The notes under the pieces were generated by a model, which did not search any database, was not told the origin of the DNA, and saw nothing but the letters and a program-made list of their open reading frames with translations. Position numbers and translations under genes: made by a program. Of a stretch of DNA of 64,000 nucleotides, positions 17,051 through 27,116 are shown one piece after another. The DNA is from an uncultured Pelagibacteraceae bacterium (GTDB lineage Bacteria > Pseudomonadota > Alphaproteobacteria > Pelagibacterales > Pelagibacteraceae). How positions within the stretch are numbered: the stretch's first letter is position 1; each line of letters begins with the position of its first letter. The stretch is taken from the NCBI GenBank assembly GCA_902569415.1, contig CACFUH010000001.1, positions 5,414 through 69,413 of the forward strand. Direction: 5' to 3'.

Positions 17051-17607
17051 TAATTATTTAACCACTTAATATTACAACCCATACTTGGAATTTGGCTTTC
17101 TGGTCCTTTTCCAGATTCGGAAATTTGCTTCATAGCTTTATACAAATCACTTTCACCATCTCTTACAGGTTTCAATTCTTTTAATTCTCTAATTCTCCCC
17201 CTGTATTGTAATTCTAAATTTCCGTTGTAACCGAAAAAGTCAGGAGTACATACGGCATCATAATTTTTTGCAACTTCCTGAGTTTCATCAATTAAATATG
17301 GGAAATTAAATTTATTATCTTTTGAAAATTCAATCATATTTTCAAATGAATCTTCGGGATAATTTTTTACATCGTTAGAGCAAATAGCTACTGACTTTAT
17401 CCCAAAATCAGCTAATTTATTTGTATCCTCAACAATGTCCTCAATAACTGCCTTTACATAAGGACAATGATTGCAAATAAACATTATCAAAGTTCCCTTA
17501 TCTCCCTTGATATCATTTAGTGATATAATTTTATTATCAGTAGATTTTAATTGGAAAGTTCCAGCTTTTTTTCCAAAATCACATATTGGAGTTTTTGTAA
17601 GCGACAT
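17050..17607 (-). CDS. Thioredoxin-fold (AhpC/TSA-like) protein
   Basis: FICNHCPYV, YDAVCTPDFF, YRGR, PSMGCNIKW. Confidence 0.9.
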   Translation of the reverse strand: MSLTKTPICDFGKKAGTFQLKSTDNKIISLNDIKGDKGTLIMFICNHCPYVKAVIEDIVEDTNKLADFGIKSVAICSNDVKNYPEDSFENMIEFSKDNKFNFPYLIDETQEVAKNYDAVCTPDFFGYNGNLELQYRGRIRELKELKPVRDGESDLYKAMKQISESGKGPESQIPSMGCNIKWLNN

Positions 17608-17626
17608 GTTAAGTATTATATAAGAT

Positions 17627-18139
17627 ATGTTTTACGATTTGGAAAATAAAAAACCAAAAAATTCTGGCGAAAATTGGGTCGCACCTAATGCTGTTATTAT
17701 TGGAGATGTAACATTGGATAAAAACTCTAGCATTTGGTTTAATGCAACTCTTAGAGGAGATATAGAAAATATTCACATAGGTGAGGGTTCTAATATACAA
17801 GATGGAAGTGTTTTGCATACCGATCCAGGCTGTCCTTTAAAAGTTGGAAAGAATGTAACAGTTGGCCACCTTGTTATGCTTCATGGATGTACGATAGGAG
17901 ATAACAGTTTAATTGGAATTGGCGCTGTGATTCTTAATAATGCAAAAATTGGAAAAAATTGCATTATAGGAGCTAAAGCTCTTATTACTGAAAATAAAGT
18001 AATACCGGACAATTCACTTGTAATTGGCTCTCCTGGTAAAGTTATTAGAGAGGTAACTGAAGAAGAAAAAAAGGATATAGCAGAAAATACCAAACATTAT
18101 CAAGATAACTGGAAAAAATATTCCAAATCAATTTTTTAG
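17627..18139 (+). CDS. Gamma carbonic anhydrase family protein
   Basis: IGDV, LRGD, SNIQDGSVLH, VGH.VMLHGC, hexapeptide repeats. Confidence 0.92.
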   Translation: MFYDLENKKPKNSGENWVAPNAVIIGDVTLDKNSSIWFNATLRGDIENIHIGEGSNIQDGSVLHTDPGCPLKVGKNVTVGHLVMLHGCTIGDNSLIGIGAVILNNAKIGKNCIIGAKALITENKVIPDNSLVIGSPGKVIREVTEEEKKDIAENTKHYQDNWKKYSKSIF

Positions 18140-18145
18140 TTGAGT

Positions 18146-18349
18146 TTAATTAAAAAGCAAGCCGTCAATTGAATAAATAATTAGCCCTAAAATTATTATA
18201 AAAAAAATTACAAAAGCAATCTGTTCCAGTGACTTCTTTTTAAGTTTGGTTTTGCCCTGTTTGTATTGTCTTATTTGGATTATGCCAAATCTCATAGCAA
18301 ACATTCCTAAAATTATTAAAGATAAATAAAAAATAAATTTTACAAACAT
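18146..18349 (-). CDS. Small 2-TM hypothetical protein
   Basis: 67-aa ORF, two hydrophobic helices, 3 nt downstream of a co-oriented gene. Confidence 0.6.
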   Translation of the reverse strand: MFVKFIFYLSLIILGMFAMRFGIIQIRQYKQGKTKLKKKSLEQIAFVIFFIIILGLIIYSIDGLLFN

Positions 18350-18352
18350 TAT

Positions 18353-18952
18353 CTAAGGAACTAGCCAATATTCTTTATTATTATCAACTTCAAATCTAGC
18401 TCTACGATGACCTTTGGCAGCTAAATAAAGCCATTCAATAGTTTTTATTTTACATTGAATTACAGTAAAATTTTTATAACCTTCTTCGCTTTGCTCCATA
18501 GTAAATTCAAAATTGTCTAACTCAGGTTTTAAACCAGATGTTGGGTTAGGAGATTCTGTTCCAGGGCCATTTTCAACTAAGTAACATTTTCTACTGATAT
18601 GCCCCGTTTTTGACCAAGACTCTTTAGTTATTTCATTACTATAATTAATTGTACATTCAACTTTCAATCTGACTTGGATCTTTTCTTCTTTATCATAGAA
18701 AAGCATAGAGGCATTTTTATTATTTTTTAATTTAAGAATTTTATCAGATCTAATATCACTGTGAAATTGAACTAGATTATTTGATTGATCAGATTTTCTA
18801 AGGACCACAATCCTTCCATCAAAATCTTTTTGATCTCCACAAATAAAAACTGGAATTCTGAACTGAGAACTTCTATTGATCACTGCATCATCTAGCATTG
18901 ACCAGATTTTCTTTTTTATTTCTTTGAAATTTTCGTAGTATGCTGGCTGCAT
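18353..18952 (-). CDS. Pyridoxamine 5'-phosphate oxidase-like FMN-binding protein
   Basis: RIVVLR, FHSDIRSDK, LFYD...QVR, EWLYL...GHRRA. Confidence 0.85.
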   Translation of the reverse strand: MQPAYYENFKEIKKKIWSMLDDAVINRSSQFRIPVFICGDQKDFDGRIVVLRKSDQSNNLVQFHSDIRSDKILKLKNNKNASMLFYDKEEKIQVRLKVECTINYSNEITKESWSKTGHISRKCYLVENGPGTESPNPTSGLKPELDNFEFTMEQSEEGYKNFTVIQCKIKTIEWLYLAAKGHRRARFEVDNNKEYWLVP

Positions 18953-18958
18953 ACTTTA

Positions 18959-19828
18959 TTACTTTCTAAATCTTTTGATTAAACTAGATGTATCCCAACG
19001 TTTACCACCAAGTTCTTGAACTTCACCATAATATTTGTCAATTATCTCAGTTATTGGTAGTAAAGATCCATTATTTTTTGCTTCATCCATTGCAATTTTT
19101 AAATCTTTTCTCATCCAATCAACTGCAAAACCAAAATCAAATTTATCATCAATCATTGTTTTATATCTATTATCCATTTGCCAAGATTGAGCAGCTCCTT
19201 TTGAAATAACTTCAATTACATCTTCCATATTTAACCCAGCTTTCATTCCAAAGTTAATTCCTTCAGACAATCCTTGAACTAAGCCAGCAATACAAATTTG
19301 ATTAACCATTTTTGCTAGTTGACCGCTCCCAGCTTTACCAAGTAATTTCATTTTTTTACTGTAGCAATCAATTTTATCTTTTGCTTTATCAAAGTCTGTT
19401 TGATCACCACCAATCATAACTGTTAATGCGCCATTTTCGGCACCAGCCTGGCCACCTGAAACTGGAGCATCTAAGGAACCAAAACCATTTTTTTTAGCAT
19501 GGTCATAAATTTCTCTTGCTATTGTTGCAGAAGCAGTTGTGTTATCAATATAAACAGATCCTTTTTGAATTGTTTTAAAAGCTCCTTGTTCACCAAATGT
19601 TACTTCTCTTAAATCATTATCATTTCCAACACAGGTAAAAACATATTCTGCATCTTTAGCAGCTTCAGCAGGTGTTTCTGCAATATTACCTTTATATTCA
19701 CTTACCCATTTTTCGGCTTTAGATTTTGTTCTATTAAAAACAGTTACTTTGTGTCCACCTTTTGATATATAACCAGCCATTGGATAACCCATTACACCAA
19801 GACCGATGAAAGCAACTTTACAAGTCAT
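18959..19828 (-). CDS. NAD(P)-dependent oxidoreductase, 3-hydroxyisobutyrate dehydrogenase family
   Basis: FIGLGVMGYPMA, DAPVSGG, KMVNQ, MRKDL. Confidence 0.92.
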   Translation of the reverse strand: MTCKVAFIGLGVMGYPMAGYISKGGHKVTVFNRTKSKAEKWVSEYKGNIAETPAEAAKDAEYVFTCVGNDNDLREVTFGEQGAFKTIQKGSVYIDNTTASATIAREIYDHAKKNGFGSLDAPVSGGQAGAENGALTVMIGGDQTDFDKAKDKIDCYSKKMKLLGKAGSGQLAKMVNQICIAGLVQGLSEGINFGMKAGLNMEDVIEVISKGAAQSWQMDNRYKTMIDDKFDFGFAVDWMRKDLKIAMDEAKNNGSLLPITEIIDKYYGEVQELGGKRWDTSSLIKRFRK

Positions 19829-19837
19829 AAAAAAAAT

Positions 19838-21046
19838 ATGTTTAAAAATTTAAGTTTAAAAGTAGTTATATTTGGTTTTATATTTACATTTTTTTCAAGC
19901 TTTGGACAGAGTTTTTTTTTAGGAATATTTAATCCCAGTATAAGAAATGAATTATCCATTACGCATGGACAATTTGGCTCAGTTTATGCTTCCGCTACTC
20001 TATTAAGTAGTTTTATATTAATTTGGGTTGGAAAAAAAATTGACGACATAAATATTTCTAAATTTGCTTTTTTCGTTATTTTAATGTTAGCATTTTCTAG
20101 TTTCTTTTTTTCTAAAATTTCTTCAATACCATTATTATTTATTGCAATATTACTAATGAGATTTTCAGGACAAGGTATGATGTCTCATACAGCTACTACT
20201 ACGATTTCTAGATATTTTACAAAATCTAGAGGTAAAGCTTTAAGCACCGGGTGGTTTGGTTTATCAGCAGCAGAGTTTGTTTTGCCAGTTTTGATGATTT
20301 ATCTTTTGACAATCACTGGATGGCAAAATATTTGGATTGGGATTTCGCTGGTGGTAATAATTTTTTTACCTTTATCTTCTTATTTTTTAGTAAAAAATCT
20401 TAATTTTGATTCAAGAGAGAAAGGGAAAGATAATAATTTTAATGAAAATGATTTTAAACAATGGAAAAGAATTGAAGTTATCAAAGATTATAGGTTTTAT
20501 ATTATATGCGCAAATATGTTAGCAATGCCCTCAATTGCCACCGGTACTTTTGTTTATCAATCTTTTATACTTTCTTCAAAAAATTGGGGACCCTATATAA
20601 TTGCTCAATCATTTATGTCCTATTCTATACTTTCAGTTATAGCATTAATTTTTTCAGGATTTTTAATTGATAAATTTACTAGTAGAAAAATTTTAATCTA
20701 CATGAATATACCATTATTTTTTGCTGCATTGGTTTTATTTTTATTTGATAATCCTTTTTCATCATTTATATTCTTTGGATTAATTGGTATTACAAATGGA
20801 CTTTGTAATGTCCTTGGATCCTCAACTTGGGCTGAAATATATGGAGTAAAATATATTGGCTCAATCAAAGCTCTTACAACAGCATTAATGGTATTTGCTA
20901 CAGCCTTTGGAACAGCCGTTTTTGGTATTCTAATAGATAGAGGATTTTCTATAGAACAAATATCTTTATTTTCAGCAACTTATATATCAATCTCGATAAT
21001 ATCTTTGTTCTTTATTAGAAAAAACTTAAATCCAATAAAAATATAG
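19838..21046 (+). CDS. MFS transporter
   Basis: 402 aa with about 12 hydrophobic segments; GKKIDD and GFLIDKF MFS loop motifs. Confidence 0.88.
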   Translation: MFKNLSLKVVIFGFIFTFFSSFGQSFFLGIFNPSIRNELSITHGQFGSVYASATLLSSFILIWVGKKIDDINISKFAFFVILMLAFSSFFFSKISSIPLLFIAILLMRFSGQGMMSHTATTTISRYFTKSRGKALSTGWFGLSAAEFVLPVLMIYLLTITGWQNIWIGISLVVIIFLPLSSYFLVKNLNFDSREKGKDNNFNENDFKQWKRIEVIKDYRFYIICANMLAMPSIATGTFVYQSFILSSKNWGPYIIAQSFMSYSILSVIALIFSGFLIDKFTSRKILIYMNIPLFFAALVLFLFDNPFSSFIFFGLIGITNGLCNVLGSSTWAEIYGVKYIGSIKALTTALMVFATAFGTAVFGILIDRGFSIEQISLFSATYISISIISLFFIRKNLNPIKI

Positions 21047-21088
21047 AAATTGCTTGATTTTAAGGTTTACCAAGTATAAATAGCTCGC

Positions 21089-21625
21089 ATGGCAAGGGTT
21101 ACAGTAGAAGATTGTATAGATAAAGTTGATAGTCCTTATGAATTAGTTTTAGTTGCAAAAGAAAGAGCAACACAACTTAATTCTGGATTAGAACCATCAA
21201 TTGAAAGAGATAACGATAAAAATACAGTTATATCTTTAAGAGAAATCGCTAAAGAAAAAATTAAAGTTAAAGATTTAATTGAAAGCGCAGTTTACAAACT
21301 AAGAAAACATGTAGAGCAAGTTGATGACACATCTGAAGATGATGAAGTAGTGGGAGATGATTTTGAAAATCTGTACAAAGGAGAAATTTCTAAAAGTGGA
21401 GTTCCAATTTTACCATCAAAAAGAGCGAGAAAAATTCCAGAAAAAATTCAAGTATCAAAAGAAGATCTTGCAGAATTACAAAACTCGCCAGAAGAACAAT
21501 CAATTGAAAGTGATGCACCAGCAGAATCTATAGAAGAACAAGAAGAAGATATCTCGTTAGATAATCTAAAAGATGAAGAAATAGCTAGCGAAGAACAAAA
21601 AGATTCTGAGACTTCAAATAGTTAA
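21089..21625 (+). CDS. rpoZ: RNA polymerase omega subunit with long acidic tail
   Basis: MARVTVEDC...[10 protein letters not shown]...[12 protein letters not shown]. Confidence 0.93.
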   Translation: MARVTVEDCIDKVDSPYELVLVAKERATQLNSGLEPSIERDNDKNTVISLREIAKEKIKVKDLIESAVYKLRKHVEQVDDTSEDDEVVGDDFENLYKGEISKSGVPILPSKRARKIPEKIQVSKEDLAELQNSPEEQSIESDAPAESIEEQEEDISLDNLKDEEIASEEQKDSETSNS

Positions 21626-21650
21626 TTATATAATATAACAATCTTATATT

Positions 21651-22643
21651 ATGAATAGAAAAGTATCAGTCGCACCAATGATGGATTGTACAGATCGTCA
21701 TGAGAGATATTTTTTACGTTTAATTAGTAAAAATGTTCTTTTGTATACTGAGATGATTGTTTCAGAAGCAATTGATAGAGGTGACAAAAAAAAACTGTTA
21801 TCATTTAACATTAATGAAAAACCTTTAGCACTTCAAGTAGGAGGTTCATCGCCAAAACTTTTAGGCAATGCTGCAAAACTTGGTGAAGATTTTGGTTATG
21901 ATGAAATTAATTTAAATCTTGGTTGTCCAAGTAAAAAAGTTCAAAAAAATAAATTTGGTGCTTGCTTAATGAAAGAACCAGATCTTGTGGCCGATTGTTT
22001 AAGTAAAATGCAATCTTCAACAAAGCTTCCTGTAACAATTAAAACAAGAATTGGTTATGATGATAAAGAAGATTATGAAAATTTATATAAATTTATAGAT
22101 AAATTAAAAAATACAGGAGTTAAAACATTTATTATACATGCTAGAAAAGCCATGTTAGGAAAATTTACACCTAAACAAAATCTTAACATTCCTCCCTTAA
22201 AATATGACATTGTTTATAATTTAAAAAAAGATTTTAAAAATGAAGAAATAATCTTAAATGGAGGTATTACTTCTACCGATCAGATTAAAAAACACCTAAG
22301 TAGAGTGGATGGTGTAATGATTGGTAGATCGGTTTATCATTCTCCTTATTTTTTATCCGAAATAGAAAAAGAAATTTTTAAAAACAATAATACACCTTCT
22401 AGACAAGAAGTTATTGAAAATCTTATTCCTTATGTAAAAGAAGAGACAAAAAAAGGAACGAGACTAAATCAAATTATGAGACATACCTTAGGTTTGTTTC
22501 ATGGTCAAACAGGATCTAACTTCTGGAAAAGATATTTAAGTGAAAATTTATGCGTAAGAGATGCTGATGTTAAAAAAATAGATCATATAATGGATAAGGT
22601 TAAATTAGCTCCTCAAGCACATTCAGTAGGTCAAGTTGATTAG
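21651..22643 (+). CDS. dusA: tRNA dihydrouridine(20/20a) synthase
   Basis: VAPMMDCTDRH, YTEM, NLNLGCPS, IHARKA, NGGI, GVMIGR. Confidence 0.93.
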   Translation: MNRKVSVAPMMDCTDRHERYFLRLISKNVLLYTEMIVSEAIDRGDKKKLLSFNINEKPLALQVGGSSPKLLGNAAKLGEDFGYDEINLNLGCPSKKVQKNKFGACLMKEPDLVADCLSKMQSSTKLPVTIKTRIGYDDKEDYENLYKFIDKLKNTGVKTFIIHARKAMLGKFTPKQNLNIPPLKYDIVYNLKKDFKNEEIILNGGITSTDQIKKHLSRVDGVMIGRSVYHSPYFLSEIEKEIFKNNNTPSRQEVIENLIPYVKEETKKGTRLNQIMRHTLGLFHGQTGSNFWKRYLSENLCVRDADVKKIDHIMDKVKLAPQAHSVGQVD

Positions 22644-23469
22644 TTCTATTCTATCAAACGAGTACTTTTTTTTTATTATTTTAATGGTCTTAACAGCTTT
22701 TCCTGTAGGATTTTTTGCTGGCTTGTTTGGTATAGGAGGAGGATTAATAACTGTTCCTTTTTTATTTTTTATATTTGAAACATTAAATATTGATCAATCC
22801 TATATTATGCATTTAGCTGTAGGGACTTCTTTTTCTATAATTGTTCCAACAGCCTTATCTTCTGTCTTAACTCACAAAAAAAACAATTATGTAGATCTCA
22901 ATATAATTAAAACTTATATAATTTTTGTAATAATTGGTGTTCTAGCTGGAACAGTTTTTGCTGCATTAATGCAGACTAAAGTATTAGTTTTATTTTTTTC
23001 ATTAGTAGTTTACTTTTTAGGAACTTATTTATTGTTAAGTTCAAATAAAACTATTAATTCTAAAAAAGAATTTAATCTTTTTTCGAGAGTAATAACTGGT
23101 TTTGGATCTGGATTTGTTTCTGCTTCAATGGGAATTGGAGGCGCTGTAATGAATGTTCCTGTTCTAAGGTATTTTGGATATCCAATAAAAAAAGCTATTG
23201 GTAGTGCTGCTGCAATAGGATTAATTATTTCAATGACTGGTGCTATTGGCTTTATTATTTCAGGTTCTTTTTTGGATGCAAATTTACCTTTAAGTATCGG
23301 GTTTATTAACATACCTGCTTTTTTAATATTTATTCCCATTACTACTTTTATGGCAAGGGTTGGCGCAAACACTATACACAAGGTAGATAAAACAAAAGTT
23401 CAGGCCTTTTTTGGAATATTCTTGTTTGTTGTTGGGACTATATTTATTTATAGGTTTTTAAGCTTATAA
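22636..23469 (+). CDS. TauE/SafE family (sulfite exporter-like) membrane protein
   Basis: GLFGIGGG and MGIGG repeated motifs, AVGTS. Confidence 0.88.
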   Translation: MISSILSNEYFFFIILMVLTAFPVGFFAGLFGIGGGLITVPFLFFIFETLNIDQSYIMHLAVGTSFSIIVPTALSSVLTHKKNNYVDLNIIKTYIIFVIIGVLAGTVFAALMQTKVLVLFFSLVVYFLGTYLLLSSNKTINSKKEFNLFSRVITGFGSGFVSASMGIGGAVMNVPVLRYFGYPIKKAIGSAAAIGLIISMTGAIGFIISGSFLDANLPLSIGFINIPAFLIFIPITTFMARVGANTIHKVDKTKVQAFFGIFLFVVGTIFIYRFLSL

Positions 23470-23471
23470 AT

Positions 23472-23509
23472 AAAAAAGAGGCGGTTTCAGTCTCCCTCTA
23501 CCGCCCCTT
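23472..23509 (-). terminator. Terminator-like hairpin with a 14-nt purine-rich loop
   Basis: Minus strand GGGGCGGT-AGAGGGAGACTGAA-ACCGCCTC-TTTTTT, between convergent tauE and pmm. Confidence 0.6.
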
Positions 23510-23568
23510 GATTTATATATATGCGATTCTCCAAATTTTCTTGAACTCGTATTAGTTGAATTTATGTT

Positions 23569-25023
23569 TTATATTTTTTGATCATACTCACCAATTTTAC
23601 CAGTTTTTTGGAGTAGCCCATCAATGAATTCAAAGATCTTTTTCTTTCTATCATCAGACGTGGGACTTTCAGTAACAACCACTAATGAGGGTTTATTTGA
23701 TGAAGCTCTAATTAAACCCCAAGAACCATCATTAAAAGAAAATCTAACTCCATTTACTGTTAATACTTCAGTAATTTCCTGGTCATCAACCTTAGTTTTA
23801 TTATTTTTAATTTCCTTAATTTGATTTACCAGTTCATCAACTACTTGATATTTTTCTTCATCCTTACAGAAAGGAGCCATGGTAGGGGATTGATATGTCT
23901 TAGGTAATTCTTTTATTATTTCACTCATTTTTTTATTTTGATTATCAAGTAAATGACAAACTTGAATTGCTGAATTAATTCCATCATCATAGCCATAACC
24001 CAGAGGTTGATTAAAAAAGAAATGTCCACTTTTTTCAAATCCTGCTAAGGCTTTTTCGTTATTTACTTTTCTTTTGATATGAGAATGTCCCGTTTTCCAA
24101 TAAATAGTTTTGCAATCATTTTCTATAAGAATTTTATCATTTGAGTAAAGTCCAGTTGATTTTACATCAACTACAAATTTAGAGCCTTTATATTTAGCTG
24201 ATAAGCTTCTTGCTATAATTAATCCGATTTTGTCTGAAAATATTTCATTACCATCATTATCAATAATACCACATCGATCTCCATCACCATCAAAGCCAAA
24301 ACCAATATCAGCATTATTATCTTTTACTACTTTTGATATAGCATGTAACATTTCAAGATCCTCAGGATTTGGGTTATACTTTGGAAAATTCCAATCTAAT
24401 TTACAATCAAGCTCAATTACTTCACAACCTATACCTTTTAAAATATCTGGAGCAAATATACCGGCAGTTCCATTACCACAAGCAACAACAGCTTTAATTT
24501 TTTTATTTATTTTGTTTTTGCTTATTAAATCATTTTTATAAACTTCTTGAAAATTGCTTATTTGTTTTTCACTTCCTTTTCCTTTTGTAAACTTTTGGTT
24601 TAATGTTATATCTTTTAATTCTTTCATTTCTTCTGGGGCGTGAGTTAAACCTTTTTTAATCCCCATTTTAACACCAGTCCAACCATTCTCGTTATGACTA
24701 GCCGTTACCATAGCTACTGCATCTGAGTTTAAATTAAATTGTGCGAAATAAACCATTGGTGATAATGATAAACCAACATCTTCAACAAAACATCCTGTTG
24801 ATACCAATCCTTTTTTTAATGCTAATTTAATTTCTTCACTGTAGGATCTATAGTCGTGACCAACGACTATTCTTGGATTATTTTTTTTTGTATGATTTAT
24901 AATTTGAGTACCTAGACCTTTTCCAAGATTCTCGATACCTTGAAGGTTGATGTTTTTACCATACAACCATCTCGCGTCATATTCTCTAAAACCATAAGGA
25001 TCAATTTTTGCTGAATTTTCCAT
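23569..25023 (-). CDS. Phosphomannomutase/phosphoglucomutase
   Basis: FREYDAR, VTASHN, FDGDGDR, KTGHS, FEKSGH, RASS. Confidence 0.93.
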   Translation of the reverse strand: MENSAKIDPYGFREYDARWLYGKNINLQGIENLGKGLGTQIINHTKKNNPRIVVGHDYRSYSEEIKLALKKGLVSTGCFVEDVGLSLSPMVYFAQFNLNSDAVAMVTASHNENGWTGVKMGIKKGLTHAPEEMKELKDITLNQKFTKGKGSEKQISNFQEVYKNDLISKNKINKKIKAVVACGNGTAGIFAPDILKGIGCEVIELDCKLDWNFPKYNPNPEDLEMLHAISKVVKDNNADIGFGFDGDGDRCGIIDNDGNEIFSDKIGLIIARSLSAKYKGSKFVVDVKSTGLYSNDKILIENDCKTIYWKTGHSHIKRKVNNEKALAGFEKSGHFFFNQPLGYGYDDGINSAIQVCHLLDNQNKKMSEIIKELPKTYQSPTMAPFCKDEEKYQVVDELVNQIKEIKNNKTKVDDQEITEVLTVNGVRFSFNDGSWGLIRASSNKPSLVVVTESPTSDDRKKKIFEFIDGLLQKTGKIGEYDQKI

Positions 25024-25073
25024 GTTAATATATGTACATTTTTTTTATTTTTTTATTGATATTTATTTATTAT

Positions 25074-25088
25074 GTTCTATATATGTTC
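25074..25088 (+). promoter_or_regulatory. Alphaproteobacterial LexA box
   Basis: GTTC-TATATAT-GTTC, an exact GTTC-N7-GTTC, about 90 nt upstream of nrdA. Confidence 0.7.
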
Positions 25089-25097
25089 TATTGATTT

Positions 25098-25144
25098 CTA
25101 ATTTATATAGTATATTAAAGAAATCTACATACAACATCTAGTTG
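25098..25144 (+). promoter_or_regulatory. NrdR box(es)
   Basis: ATACAACATCTAGTTG (25129-25144) fits acaCwAtATaTwGtgt; a weaker half-match (...ATATAG) lies 31 bp upstream. Confidence 0.65.
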
Positions 25145-25178
25145 TTTTAATAAAAAACATTTAAAATAAGGGAGTTAA

Positions 25179-27116
25179 ATGAACAAAGTTTTGTCTCAGG
25201 CCATTAAGAAAGCTGTCTCCGAATTCTCACCAACAACTCAAGAAAACTATTTAGACAAAAGACCAGATTTATTTTCTTTAAACAATGAAACAGAACTATT
25301 TCAAAACTCAAAAGGTATAACAATTAAAATTGATAGATCCAAAGATGAAAATCTTACATCATTTGGAAAGGCAACTTTAACTGACAGATACTTGGGTTTT
25401 AACGAATCCTTCCAAGATCTATTTGCAAGAGTCGCAAGTCATTATGCTGATGATAATTTACACGCTCAAAGACTATACAATTATATAAGCAATCTTTGGT
25501 TCATGCCAGCAACACCTGTACTTTCAAATGGTGGAACTAAAAGAGGTTTGCCCATTTCATGTTTTTTGAATGAAGCAAATGATAGTCTCCATGGAATTTT
25601 AGATCTCTGGAGTGAAAATGTTTGGTTAGCTGCAAAGGGTGGAGGTATAGGAAGTTATTGGGGAAACCTAAGATCCATTGGAGAAAAAATTGGAAGAGTC
25701 GGAAAAACTTCTGGAATAATTCCTTTCATTAAAGTTATGGACTCATTAACGATGGCAATCAGCCAGGGCTCTCTTAGAAGAGGTTCAGCCGCATGTTATC
25801 TTCCAATCGATCATCCAGAGATAGAAGAGTTTATTGAAATGAGAAGACCAACTGGAGGAGACCCAAATAGAAAATCATTAAATCTTCATCACGGTGTTCT
25901 TGTAACCGATTCATTTATGCGAGCAGTCGAACTGGACGAGCAATGGGCATTAAAGAGTCCTAAAGATGGTGCAGTTCAATCAACTGTTTCTGCAAGAAAT
26001 TTATGGATAAGATTATTAACAGCAAGAATAGAAACTGGAGAACCTTATATAATTTATATTGATACAGTAAATAGACTTATTCCCCAACACCATAAGCTTG
26101 CTGGATTAACAGTTAAGACATCTAACTTATGTAGTGAAATTACATTACCCACAGGAGTTGATAGGGATGGTAGAGATAGGACAGCTGTATGTTGTTTGTC
26201 TTCATTAAATATAGAAAAATACGATGAATGGAAAGATGATAAAAATTTTATAGGTGATGTAATGAGATTTTTAGATAATGTGCTAACAGACTTTATTGAA
26301 AGAGCGCCTGAAGAATTTAGTGACGCTACTTATTCAGCTATGAGAGAAAGAAGTGTAGGTTTAGGTGTTATGGGGCTTCATTCATTCTTTCAAAAAAAGA
26401 TGATACCGCTCGAGTCAGTTATGAGTAAAGTTTGGAATAAAAAGATTTTTGAACATATTCAAAAAAATGTAGATAAAGCTTCTAAAGAGCTAGCAGAGGA
26501 AAGGGGAGCATGTCCTGATGCTGCAGATTATGGAATAAAAGAAAGATTTTCAAACAAAACAGCAATAGCTCCTACAGCTTCAATCTCGATTATCTGTGGT
26601 GGAACTTCACCAGGTGTTGAACCAATTGCTGCGAATAGCTTTACACATAAAACACTTTCAGGTTCTTTTAATGTTAGAAATAGATATCTTCAAAAAATAT
26701 TAGAAAAACATAACAAAAATGACGATGAAACATGGTCTAGTATTACAACTAACCAAGGTTCTGTATCACATTTAGATTTCTTAACTCAGCAAGAAAAAGA
26801 CGTGTTTAAAACAGCTTTTGAATTGGATCAAAAATGGATTGTAGAGTTAGGTGCTGATAGAACGCCTCATGTATCTCAAGCACAATCTATTAATATATTT
26901 GTTCCTGCTGATATTCATAAAAAAGAGCTGCACCAAATTCATTTTCAAGCATGGAAAAAAGGCCTTAAGAGCCTTTACTATTGTAGATCTAAATCAATCC
27001 AAAGAGCTGAAAATGTTAATGATGCAAAATTAACCGATGTTACAGCCAATGTTTATAAATCTAAAAATCAACAAGGTGAAGAACAAGAATATGAGGAATG
27101 TTTATCATGTCAGTAA
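25179..27116 (+). CDS. nrdA: Ribonucleoside-diphosphate reductase alpha subunit (class I, no ATP cone)
   Basis: ATPVLSN, PISCF, SNLCSEI, AIAPTAS, KSLYY, C-terminal CLSC. Confidence 0.96.
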   Translation: MNKVLSQAIKKAVSEFSPTTQENYLDKRPDLFSLNNETELFQNSKGITIKIDRSKDENLTSFGKATLTDRYLGFNESFQDLFARVASHYADDNLHAQRLYNYISNLWFMPATPVLSNGGTKRGLPISCFLNEANDSLHGILDLWSENVWLAAKGGGIGSYWGNLRSIGEKIGRVGKTSGIIPFIKVMDSLTMAISQGSLRRGSAACYLPIDHPEIEEFIEMRRPTGGDPNRKSLNLHHGVLVTDSFMRAVELDEQWALKSPKDGAVQSTVSARNLWIRLLTARIETGEPYIIYIDTVNRLIPQHHKLAGLTVKTSNLCSEITLPTGVDRDGRDRTAVCCLSSLNIEKYDEWKDDKNFIGDVMRFLDNVLTDFIERAPEEFSDATYSAMRERSVGLGVMGLHSFFQKKMIPLESVMSKVWNKKIFEHIQKNVDKASKELAEERGACPDAADYGIKERFSNKTAIAPTASISIICGGTSPGVEPIAANSFTHKTLSGSFNVRNRYLQKILEKHNKNDDETWSSITTNQGSVSHLDFLTQQEKDVFKTAFELDQKWIVELGADRTPHVSQAQSINIFVPADIHKKELHQIHFQAWKKGLKSLYYCRSKSIQRAENVNDAKLTDVTANVYKSKNQQGEEQEYEECLSCQ

